In this document: positions 54,946 to 63,001 of the stretch, in pieces
How positions within the stretch are numbered: the first letter of the stretch is position 1
Layout of the letters: each line of letters begins with the position of its first letter
Virus record (IMG/VR): IMGVR_UViG_3300020469_000001
Coordinates: 1 to 64,000 of that record
Source: a virus
Reading direction: 5' to 3' (one strand)
DNA length: 64,000 bases
Program-made: the position numbers and the translations under genes
Notes under the pieces: model-generated
What the model was told of the DNA's origin: nothing
The model's input: the letters and a program-made list of their open reading frames with translations, nothing else
The model's database searches: none

Positions 54946-55212
54946 TGAGAGGGAAACAACCGAAAGGGAAACGAACTCGACAGACTAGGAAAGACAACAG
55001 AAACATAGACACAGAAACCCACTCTCTAAGAATCGAACTCGCAGAACTTCAACCACCTCCGAGACTGAGTCGCTGACAAGGTCAACAGGGAATGAACTCA
55101 AAATCAAGACAGGCTAGGAAGTCTCGACCAACTAGCCGACCGAGAGGGAAAGGACTCATACTCCGAGATTATATCAAAAGAGATTGTTGGACTTCCCCTC
55201 TCACTTTTTTTT
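54946..55212 (+). ncRNA. Candidate ~260-nt GGA-rich sRNA
   Basis: Own promoter, 5'/3' end pairing, terminal T run, no convincing ORF. Confidence 0.5.
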
Positions 55213-55365
55213 CACCGATTTTTTCGGAGGACTGCCCCTGCCCGAGATTTGAGAAATCCTGACGCGCCCTGCGCCAACGCAGTGCAGTGTCGAAACGAAA
55301 CGTGGTGCGGGTGCGCCAAAGGCAGTGCAGTAACGAAACGAGAGGTCTGCGCAGAGCGATCCGAC

Positions 55366-55400
55366 TTATCCACAGGTTATCCCCAAGTCTCTGTGGGTAT
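55366..55400. promoter_or_regulatory. DnaA-box cluster
   Basis: TTATCCACA (55366), TTATCCCCA (55377), inverted TGTGGGTAT (55392). Confidence 0.6.
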
Positions 55401-55461
55401 CCCGCCCCCCACCCTATTATTGTATCACACTTTGTCGCTCTTGTCAAGTCTTTTTGAAAAT

Positions 55462-55483
55462 AAAAAACCCGCTTTCGCGGGTT
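55462..55483 (-). terminator. Intrinsic terminator
   Basis: AACCCGC-GAAA-GCGGGUU followed by U residues on the minus strand. Confidence 0.8.
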
Positions 55484-55489
55484 CTGTGA

Positions 55490-55642
55490 TTAGGAACAGA
55501 TGTCGATTAATCTTTTGATTGTTTCTGCATTCGCTCTCTCAAGACTGTTTAAGAAACCTTTGTCGGCTCTGATTACCACCTCTAATTCTGCAACTAATGT
55601 TGCTTTAGTTTTTACAACTTTTTTCGCTTTTTCGTTTTTCAT
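55490..55642 (-). CDS. A2/D3-family C-terminal half protein
   Basis: TKATLVAELE...LNSLERAN; AAGGAG RBS before MKNEK. Confidence 0.65.
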   Translation of the reverse strand: MKNEKAKKVVKTKATLVAELEVVIRADKGFLNSLERANAETIKRLIDICS

Positions 55643-56034
55643 TTCGTTCTCCTTATTTATAGATATAATTATACGCACATTTTCTAGGATATCAAGAACT
55701 ATTTTACATTATTTTCAGAAATTACCACAAAACACCAAAAAACCCGCCCCAACTGCCTGAAAGCCCCTGTTTATGCGGGTTTCACGGGCACGCTCCGCGC
55801 CAAACGCCCAGTGCAGTATCGAAACGAAGTGCGAAAGTGAAGTGCCAAAGCGAAGTGCTAAAACGAACTAGTCTATAATTAGGTTATTTATAGTATATCA
55901 TACATTTGGGCGGGTGTCAAGGGAATTTTGCACAAATTTGCGTTTTTTGCGACAAATCGCAACGAAGGTTGGTGGTTTCGCGTCCCGCCCCCCGAATCAA
56001 ATGCTGATAAATTATAAATAAATCACATTTATTG

Positions 56035-56164
56035 TTGACACAAGTGATAAAAGCGAATATAATATATACATATTAAAAAGGAGGCAAAAGTGAAATACAA
56101 GAAAACAATCAAATCAAAGTTTTTTCATAAAATCCTTGACAATAGAAACAAAAGTGGTTATAAT
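56035..56164 (+). promoter_or_regulatory. Two tandem consensus sigma70 promoters
   Basis: TTGACA-N17-TATAAT at 56035-56063 and 56136-56164. Confidence 0.9.
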
Positions 56165-56194
56165 ATACTATATAAAATATTTGGGAGAATACTA

Positions 56195-56506
56195 ATGGCA
56201 AACGCTAAAAATTATACAGAAGAAATGGTCAGTCAAATGACCGAAGCATACTCTGCTAACCCTAGTAGAGAAACAGTAGACGAACTTGCTCAAACTTTCG
56301 GCAAAACAACTAGAAGTATCATTGCTAAGTTGTCAAGAGAAGGAGTATACATCGCTCAACCTAGAACTACAAAATCTGGTGAACCAGTTGTAGCAAAGTC
56401 TGAGTTAGTTGCTCAACTCGAAGCACACTTTGGAATTGAACTACCTACACTTGTCAAAGCAGGTAAGCAAGACCTACAAAGATTGGTCGACACAATCGCA
56501 TCTTAA
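56195..56506 (+). CDS. T5 A2/D3-like DNA-binding protein
   Basis: NYTEE...GKTTRSIIAKLSREGVY...KSELV; GGGAG RBS before MANAK. Confidence 0.75.
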   Translation: MANAKNYTEEMVSQMTEAYSANPSRETVDELAQTFGKTTRSIIAKLSREGVYIAQPRTTKSGEPVVAKSELVAQLEAHFGIELPTLVKAGKQDLQRLVDTIAS

Positions 56507-56544
56507 TTGTTGAGGAGTGATTACCCTAAGTAATCAATTTTGAA

Positions 56545-56634
56545 GAGAGTATCTATCTGAGGTAAGTGTCTACGGAAGCACACCTAAAGAGGAAGTAGCA
56601 AGTTCGACTCTTGCACCTCAGATATCTCTGCTCT
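56545..56634 (+). ncRNA. tRNA-like RNA with truncated anticodon arm
   Basis: T arm GCAAG-TTCGACT-CTTGC, D-like arm GTG..GG..CAC, 10-bp closing stem. Confidence 0.55.
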
Positions 56635-56671
56635 GCTCAAAGTTTAGTCAGTAAAAAAATCGCTTTTTCTA

Positions 56672-56852
56672 TTGACAAATCCTTAAAAAGCGAGTATAAT
56701 ATATTTATATTCAAAAAAAGGAAAACCCACTGGGACTGGGCATCTGGAAGTGATGACATAGTTAACACTTAGAATTAAACTGTTTGCCCTACCCACCTTT
56801 CAAGAAATAAATCAAAATTTTTCTTGACAAATGGTTAAAAAGTGGATATAAT
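56672..56852 (+). promoter_or_regulatory. Two consensus sigma70 promoters
   Basis: TTGACA-N17-TATAAT at 56672-56700 and 56824-56852. Confidence 0.9.
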
Positions 56853-56859
56853 ATACTTA

Positions 56860-57797
56860 TATTCAAAAACAAAAAAGAATAGCAAAACACGGAGTGAAGT
56901 ACGCCATTAAAGATACTTCTAGTGTGGCGACACGATAAAATGACTGCCGAACGCTCGTTAGATATTGAGAGAAAGCGTTAGATGAGTTCAATATCCGCTT
57001 TTGAGAGTCAGATACAGACATATCCTCCGCAGCAGGAAGCGAGTGTATCTTCGATTGACTTGTCGGTAAAGGGAGTATAAAAGCACGATAACTGCCAGTA
57101 ATTCCTACACTAAGTCCCTTTTTCGGGCAGTAGGTAGTAAGCGATTTCGTTGACTGCTCTCCAAGTAGTGTATTGGCACTATAAAGTCCTGAGGATTAGT
57201 ATGAATTACACAGGTAAAACAGTAAATCATACCGTGATTGACGCGTAGATACATCGAGAATATCACGCAGAGTGAGGAAACCACGCTGATTCTATACCAC
57301 ACCCTCAACCGTTTCGGTAGTAGGAAGTAGAGCATAGAACGAGTAGTAAACCAGTTTGACATTTCAGTGTGCAAGGTATGAGATAATTTCAAAACCCACC
57401 AAGTAATGAGAGCATAAATGCAAACTTCAAGGGCAAGGAAGTTAGAGGAACATATGATGTACTTTAGTTGAGACTTCCACGCTACCTGCGAGTGAGAACC
57501 CACGCGGCGATTCAGGTTTACCTGTCAAAGTAGTAGGGACATTGGGGGCAGTTAGCAACTTAGAGGAAATAGACACCGATTGATGAGTGAGGAAAACAAT
57601 CGAGTGAGCAAGTGAAAGGTCGATACAACCTCTATTCCAAGTATCGCACTTGCAGTTAGGCATACACTATCGTTGAGGTTTCGAGTAAAGCAATCCGAGA
57701 TAGAGAGTAATGCCAAGTTGTAGACCGATATCAGTCTGACAGCGATAGTAAAAAACAAATAGTTTTTTCGAGGGAACAGCGCGTTCCCTCTTTTTTT
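56860..57797 (+). ncRNA. Candidate large structured ncRNA (~900 nt)
   Basis: Promoter-to-terminator unit with no sense ORF of 60 aa or more; many nested stems. Confidence 0.6.
57770..57797 (+). terminator. Intrinsic terminator
   Basis: GAGGGAAC-loop-GTTCCCTC followed by T7. Confidence 0.9.
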
Positions 57798-57847
57798 GTC
57801 TCAAATAAGTTAACATCAAAATTTCTTATGTTAATTTAAAATAGTTC

Positions 57848-57876
57848 TTGACAAACAAGATAAAAGTGAGTATAAT
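57848..57876 (+). promoter_or_regulatory. Sigma70 promoter for the early operon
   Basis: AAAATAGTTC-TTGACA-N17-TATAAT. Confidence 0.9.
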
Positions 57877-58004
57877 ATATGTATCAAAAGAAAAAGGAAA
57901 CCACATTTTCCGACATAATGAGTGTGGGGGTCGTAACCGAAAGCGCAGGGGAGGAGTGAAATGACTCCCCACCTAGATTAACTATTATTTATAAGGAGGG
58001 CATC

Positions 58005-58223
58005 ATGCCAGCAAAATTTAAACCAAGTGAAAAGATTTACAAGAGAGGAGTTCCAGCAAGAAACTTGCCAGAAAGACACTTCTATCTAAAGAACACTCCT
58101 AAAGAGGAACTGTTCTCAGAAATTAACAAGCACAATGTCAAACCAAAACAAAGACAAAAGTGCCTAAACGAACTCGCTAGACGAGGCGTGGAAGTAGTGT
58201 GGACTACTAAGGAGAGTGTGTAA
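58005..58223 (+). CDS. Hypothetical basic protein
   Basis: AAGGAGG RBS. Confidence 0.75.
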   Translation: MPAKFKPSEKIYKRGVPARNLPERHFYLKNTPKEELFSEINKHNVKPKQRQKCLNELARRGVEVVWTTKESV

Positions 58224-58357
58224 TGAGAGCATGGGGAACAAATCATGTGTCGCACAAGAAGAAAACTTCACAGGGCAACGGCAGAGGCACATTCAGTATA
58301 AATATGAACAAGAACAAAAAGCGTTCTTACAAGAAATACAGGGGGCAAGGCAAGTGA
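58223..58357 (+). CDS. Small basic KKYRGQGK-type protein (44 aa, not in ORF track)
   Basis: KKTSQG...MNKNKKRSYKKYRGQGK*; motif common in marine phages; TAATG coupling. Confidence 0.75.
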   Translation: MRAWGTNHVSHKKKTSQGNGRGTFSINMNKNKKRSYKKYRGQGK

Positions 58358-58530
58358 AGACAGCAATGCTAACACAACAGGACTTTCAAGAGTTCAAAAA
58401 GAAAGTGGCAATTCTAGGTAGAGCAGGTATTACATTGGATTATACAGTAGCAAAACCAAACCACAAAAAAGTAAAGATAACAATGCGTACACCAGTGGAC
58501 GCACAAAAGTGGGACGAGGTGTGTGGATGA
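58354..58530 (+). CDS. Hypothetical protein
   Basis: GTGA coupling; 3' half of the tracked 104-aa ORF. Confidence 0.55.
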   Translation: MKTAMLTQQDFQEFKKKVAILGRAGITLDYTVAKPNHKKVKITMRTPVDAQKWDEVCG

Positions 58531-58700
58531 AAAAATTACTAGACGCAATGTGGGAACCGTTTGACAGCGAAGATGCAACAGAGTGGTTCCTCATACTGTT
58601 CGGTTATACAGTATTATTCTTTATCCTATTGGGTGGAGTGATAGAATGGATTTAACAGTATTATTATTAGTAGCAATGTTCTTAGTGTATATGTATTTCA

Positions 58701-58937
58701 ATGACAGGGATGACTGGCGTGGGTAATATAATACGCTTTCCTATTGAAAGGACTGAGATACAACGCTTAGTGAGAGATTTGAGGCATCAGGAAGAAGAAA
58801 TCAAACTGTGCCTCGATGACCTTGAAGCATTAAATGAACATATAGTCGAGTTAACAGCAGAGTATGAATCCCTGTTAAATCGAGTATGTGAACTAAATCA
58901 AATTAATTTAAAAGGAGAAAGTGATGAAGAAAGGTAG
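58701..58937 (+). CDS. Coiled-coil protein
   Basis: NIIRFP motif followed by heptads. Confidence 0.65.
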   Translation: MTGMTGVGNIIRFPIERTEIQRLVRDLRHQEEEIKLCLDDLEALNEHIVELTAEYESLLNRVCELNQINLKGESDEER

Positions 58938-59205
58938 TATGCAATACGACCAGTTTGGTCGCAAGAGAAAAGTATCGCATCTTTACAAGAGTAAGAAAGC
59001 GACGCCTCAGTTTGCGAAACAAGCAAAGAAACAATTTAAAAAGGAAGAAGATATCTACGCCAGTGCACCTATTGGGGAATATGCTGTGCCTGTAGATAAT
59101 TCATATAAACAAGACATCAGTAAGCAATATACGGTATCGATTGCTTACAACAAAGGTGCTTATCAAGTGATACCAAAAGGAGAAGTGAAAGACATTGGCA
59201 AGTAA
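58921..59205 (+). CDS. Hypothetical protein
   Basis: AGGAG RBS; AYNKGAYQVI motif. Confidence 0.7.
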   Translation: MMKKGSMQYDQFGRKRKVSHLYKSKKATPQFAKQAKKQFKKEEDIYASAPIGEYAVPVDNSYKQDISKQYTVSIAYNKGAYQVIPKGEVKDIGK

Positions 59206-59452
59206 ACATTATAAAGTGGGAATGAAAGCAAATGGTAGCACAATAGTAGCAATTCGATACCCCGAAGGCACTTCTAAGAAGTATGAACATTGGGAATGTC
59301 CTGCACGAAACAGTGTAGAACACATGGATGTCGAATTAGCAGATGGTAGAGTGTTATCCAGTAAGGATTTGATACTTGGAAACAAGTTCAAAGTCGAAGA
59401 TGTAGAGAAAATAGACAAATTTATATCTAAAATTAGTGGAGGTGTAGCATAA
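59195..59452 (+). CDS. Hypothetical protein
   Basis: Packed within the operon. Confidence 0.6.
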   Translation: MASKHYKVGMKANGSTIVAIRYPEGTSKKYEHWECPARNSVEHMDVELADGRVLSSKDLILGNKFKVEDVEKIDKFISKISGGVA

Positions 59453-59886
59453 TGAGTAAAATTAATGACTATGCTAGGTTTGTTGATAGTTGTACATCGG
59501 CAACAAGTAAAGATACTAGCAAAATGTGTGATAGAATGGACTATCTACGAGGAAACTACACAATGCAAGGTGGTGAAGTGCTAGAACAAGAAGTAGATAT
59601 GGCAAGATTGATGACTGCCCTGATAGGAATGATGGCAGAGAGTGGAGAATTTGCAGAAGTAGTGAAGAAAAAGGTATTTCAGTCAGATAGCAAGTTCAAA
59701 AGCGATGAGATTTTCCATATGAAACGAGAACTCGGTGATGTATTATGGTATTGGGTTCAAGGATGCAAAGCATTAGGTTTTACACCTGATGAAGTAATGG
59801 ATGAAAACATTAGGAAACTAGAGAGTAGATATCCGAATGGTTTTGAAGTAATTAGAAGTGAAGTCAGAGAAAAGGGGGACATATAA
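59452..59886 (+). CDS. MazG-like NTP pyrophosphohydrolase
   Basis: ESGEFAEVVKK...ELGDVLWY...NIRKL..RYP. Confidence 0.88.
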   Translation: MSKINDYARFVDSCTSATSKDTSKMCDRMDYLRGNYTMQGGEVLEQEVDMARLMTALIGMMAESGEFAEVVKKKVFQSDSKFKSDEIFHMKRELGDVLWYWVQGCKALGFTPDEVMDENIRKLESRYPNGFEVIRSEVREKGDI

Positions 59887-60530
59887 TGGCAAATCATGTA
59901 TATTTTAATATCTCTATAGAGGGGATAACAGAGGAACAGCACTCATGCTTGTTCAAAAGCGAAGAAACAGAAAGACCTCATTGGGACGAAAACGAACCAC
60001 CAATTAAAATGGTTGAGTTAGTAGAAGTCCATGAGCAACCTTTCATGTCTAATCTCGATAAAGAGTATGATGATGAAGGTTGGATTAAAAATTCATGGGA
60101 TTGGTATGTAAACAACTGTGGGGCAAAGTGGGTTTGTATTGAAGAGTGGGAACATAACATGATTACTGGACACAGTGCTTGGTCACAGCCTGTTGCAATG
60201 GTAGAGAACATGCTAGAGTATGCCAGTAATAGATTTGGTATAGAACTTAGTGCAAAAATGACATATGAAGATGAGTTCAGAAACTTTGTAGGAGTAGATG
60301 ACTTTGAAACATACAGTGAAGAAGGAGAATGGTATTGTATGCACAGTGAGAACTATTTAGATGGTGGTGAGTTAACCGAACTACTAGAAGAAAAGTTAAA
60401 ATGTGATGTATCTGATGATGACTTTGACTGGTGGGAAGAATACAAAGCAACAGGATTAGTTCCTAGTGAGTGTGTAGACGAAATGGTTTATAACTTCTTT
60501 GATACAGGAGAGTTAAATTGGGTAAACTAA
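59886..60530 (+). CDS. DUF1281/YubB-like protein
   Basis: WDWYVNNCGAKW, SAWSQP, YEDE. Confidence 0.65.
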   Translation: MANHVYFNISIEGITEEQHSCLFKSEETERPHWDENEPPIKMVELVEVHEQPFMSNLDKEYDDEGWIKNSWDWYVNNCGAKWVCIEEWEHNMITGHSAWSQPVAMVENMLEYASNRFGIELSAKMTYEDEFRNFVGVDDFETYSEEGEWYCMHSENYLDGGELTELLEEKLKCDVSDDDFDWWEEYKATGLVPSECVDEMVYNFFDTGELNWVN

Positions 60531-60642
60531 GAAAAATTCTAAGAGATTGGATTGACGGAGTGATTGAGAGGTCATTTCAAAGACAAGCAAACAAAATATT
60601 TGCTAAGCATGATGTGGTTTACAGAGATGGAGATAACACATA

Positions 60643-60927
60643 ATGGGACAGTATGACGAACTAGTAGAAAGACAACGCATATTGCTAGAAGCAGAAAAGT
60701 GGGCAAAAGGAGTGAAAGAAATCCATGCCCATAGTTTCAGTTCGATGTGGTATGATAATAGACCTCAGGACACTGAGGGTGGTAAAAGTGTATTAGATGT
60801 ATCTTACAATAGTGGACTAATTCAGAGAAAACTAGAGGATGGCAGTATAGTATACTTTGGTAAAGAAATGACACCAAATGAACTAATTGATGAGTATGGG
60901 AGAGCTAAAGCGTATGAAAGAAGATAG
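60643..60927 (+). CDS. Hypothetical protein
   Basis: GGAG RBS. Confidence 0.65.
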   Translation: MGQYDELVERQRILLEAEKWAKGVKEIHAHSFSSMWYDNRPQDTEGGKSVLDVSYNSGLIQRKLEDGSIVYFGKEMTPNELIDEYGRAKAYERR

Positions 60928-61053
60928 AGAGTACCAATTCTATGCTTGGGAAAAGCAGTACGGAAACGATGAGGCAATCAGAGTAGCAGCAGATGAATGG
61001 GGTGTAAGTGAAATGCAGGTCAGACTGCTAATACAAAAGTGGGAGGATAACTT

Positions 61054-61362
61054 ATGGCTATAAATTACACACAAGACCAAGTAGAATATATTGTAAACCA
61101 ATACAGACTTAACCCTGATAGAGAAACAGTAGAGAATCTAGCAAATGAACTAGACAAGAGTGTAAAATCTATAATAGGTAAATTGAGTAGGGAAGGAGTG
61201 TATAGGAAAACAGAGTATACTACCAAAACTGGAGAGAAACCAATAACAAAACTAGAATTAGTGCAAGACTTAGAAACATTGTTAGAGTTACAAAACGAAG
61301 CCCTAGCGGGGTTAGAGAAAGCACCAAAATCAGTATTAAAAATTTTAAAGGAGTCGATATGA
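61054..61362 (+). CDS. T5 D3/A2-like DNA-binding protein
   Basis: NYT...KSVKSIIGKLSREGVY...TKLELV...GLEKAPK; paralogue of 56195-56506. Confidence 0.8.
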   Translation: MAINYTQDQVEYIVNQYRLNPDRETVENLANELDKSVKSIIGKLSREGVYRKTEYTTKTGEKPITKLELVQDLETLLELQNEALAGLEKAPKSVLKILKESI

Positions 61363-61559
61363 GAGTAGCAAAAATACTAGAAACAGCATTAGCTGATAAG
61401 CATGGCAAGTATGCAGAAGTGTTAGGACTTGTTGACAGTCCCAGCGGGGTCAAAGCAAGACTAAAGTTTGGAGATGGTCATAGAGAAACCATAACAGTAA
61501 GAAAACTAAGAATGGTTCAAGATAAGAATGTACCAAGGTCTAAAGATGGTTGGTTCTAA
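61359..61559 (+). CDS. Small SH3-like hypothetical protein
   Basis: AGGAG RBS; ATGA coupling. Confidence 0.6.
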   Translation: MRVAKILETALADKHGKYAEVLGLVDSPSGVKARLKFGDGHRETITVRKLRMVQDKNVPRSKDGWF

Positions 61560-61580
61560 CTAGGAAAAACTTGTGTAAGA

Positions 61581-61604
61581 GAGGGACAACTTAGTCCCTT
61601 TTTT
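61581..61604 (+). terminator. Intrinsic terminator
   Basis: AGGGAC-loop-GTCCCT followed by a T run. Confidence 0.8.
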
Positions 61605-62022
61605 ATTGTCTTAAAAATTTTGGATTGGTGGAAGTTGGTGTAGTTTGGAAAGGTTTTGTAGTAATTGCGTTTTTATGTTGGATTGTTAAACCCCAGAATT
61701 GAGGTATTTGACTTTTCAATAGTTGATGTAGTTTACACAATTAACAGTCTACATTTACCTATTTAGTATGCTCGCTTTCACTCTCGCTTCGCTTCGTTCA
61801 AGCTCTTAGCATAAGATTAGGTAAGCGACTGTAATCGGTGGTTTGTAATGATTAACTATCAAAATTTATGATAATATTATACCATGATTTTCAACAGAAT
61901 GCAAGAACTGTTTTTCTCGGGTAATTGAAATATGGTGTTCGGGTAGGTTTTGATTGCAATAAAATATTTTCACTGATGTTATCTAGTTGTGTTGTCAAAG
62001 GATATTCGACAGATGTTTTTCG

Positions 62023-62256
62023 TTAAGGACGAACTCTCATTGACAATTTCTTTTTCATAGCGAGTTGTAGTTCCTTTCGTTTGTCCAACTCTCGTGAACG
62101 CTTCCTGTAATTGTTCATTTGATTTCTTTTAGCATTGGGTTTTTCGTAGTATTCTTTCTCTCTGCAACGCTCTTTGATTTCTGCTCGTTGACATTTTTTA
62201 CGGAATATACGAAGTCCTTTCTCGAAGGACATGCCTTTTAGATTAACGCTGGGCAT
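62023..62256 (-). CDS. rpsU: Ribosomal protein bS21
   Basis: MPSV....SFEKGLRIFRKKC....I....R.KEYYEKP..KR. Confidence 0.9.
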   Translation of the reverse strand: MPSVNLKGMSFEKGLRIFRKKCQRAEIKERCREKEYYEKPNAKRNQMNNYRKRSRELDKRKELQLAMKKKLSMRVRP

Positions 62257-62416
62257 CTGTCCTCCGATTGAATGTCCAACCTCTCTTTCTTAAGTAGTAA
62301 ACTTTAGATATGATGGAATCTTCACTTCTATCTAGTTTGCGAGTGAGTTCCTCTATCGGCATTACATTATAGTGCCGTTTCAGAAAGTCTACTTCCTCTG
62401 TTGTCCATTTATTCAT
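62243..62416 (-). CDS. Small Myb/HTH-like protein (57 aa, leaderless, not in ORF track)
   Basis: MNKWTTEEVDFLK.HY...EEL...L.RS..SI..K; TTGACT-N17-TATAAT-N6-ATG. Confidence 0.75.
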   Translation of the reverse strand: MNKWTTEEVDFLKRHYNVMPIEELTRKLDRSEDSIISKVYYLRKRGWTFNRRTDAQR

Positions 62417-62447
62417 AGGTATATTATACTCGCTTTTGAAGTAAAAG

Positions 62448-62900
62448 TCAAGAACTATTTTCTCCGAGTTCCTTAAATGCTTTCATTCTAAAGTTCTTGT
62501 TCAGCTGCGCTCCAGTAGTGTTTGCAAAATGGTTCAGCAAATATTTTTTGAGAACCTGAGCATCACAGTAAGCAACTTCGACTATGTCGATACCTTCATG
62601 CAGTGCAACATACGCACCTTCTAGTTTGTTCATATAGTTTTCTATTCTATCTTCCCACTTGGAAGAGTTCGTGTATCTGTTCTGAAAGTTAAAATTAAAT
62701 TGATTCGTAGCTGATACTTTGTATTCGTATAATTTGCCATCATCATCCTCAGCGTCTGCACCTTTATCTCCATCAACTAGTGTGTGTCCTAGATGATGAG
62801 CAAGTGCAAGTTCTCCAATGCCACCTTTTGTTAGGTTAACGCCCTCGGGGAGTGTTTCATATACTTTTCTTAATAATTCGATTGTTTCTTTATATTTCAT
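62448..62900 (-). CDS. PD-(D/E)XK nuclease-like protein (leaderless start MKYKET)
   Basis: GE..LA..LG...ADA.D..G..YEYK. Confidence 0.55.
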   Translation of the reverse strand: MKYKETIELLRKVYETLPEGVNLTKGGIGELALAHHLGHTLVDGDKGADAEDDDGKLYEYKVSATNQFNFNFQNRYTNSSKWEDRIENYMNKLEGAYVALHEGIDIVEVAYCDAQVLKKYLLNHFANTTGAQLNKNFRMKAFKELGENSS

Positions 62901-63001
62901 ACAACTATTATAACAAAAATAACAGGTAGTGTCAAGAAATATATTAACCATTGGTATAGATTTACCTTGACTTCAGGTTATAAAGTTGCTATAATATGTA
63001 T

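Larger units (their letters stand above)
55271..55870. repeat. Three copies of GCGCCAA..CAGTGCAGT..CGAAACGA plus degenerate copies
   Basis: Copies start at 55271, 55313 and 55797. Confidence 0.85.

Noticed and set aside
55271-55345. Mini CRISPR array
   Set aside because: Only two adjacent copies with a ~14-nt gap; the third copy is ~450 bp away; no cas genes
56090-56194. N-terminal extension of the A2/D3-like ORF
   Set aside because: Spans a promoter; the paralogue and the RBS support a start at 56195
56554-56624. Functional tRNA gene
   Set aside because: No 5-bp anticodon stem or 7-nt loop and no CCA; kept as a tRNA-like finding
57105-57758. Three minus-strand ORFs in the ncRNA region
   Set aside because: Antisense to a strong promoter-terminator unit, atypical composition, no RBS
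56860-57797. RNase P RNA or tmRNA
   Set aside because: GAGGAAA occurs but not GAGGAAAGUCC; no tRNA-like ends; too long
58216-58353. 5' half of the tracked 104-aa ORF
   Set aside because: An overlapping frame encodes the recognisable KKYRGQGK protein; the downstream gene likely starts at the GTG at 58354
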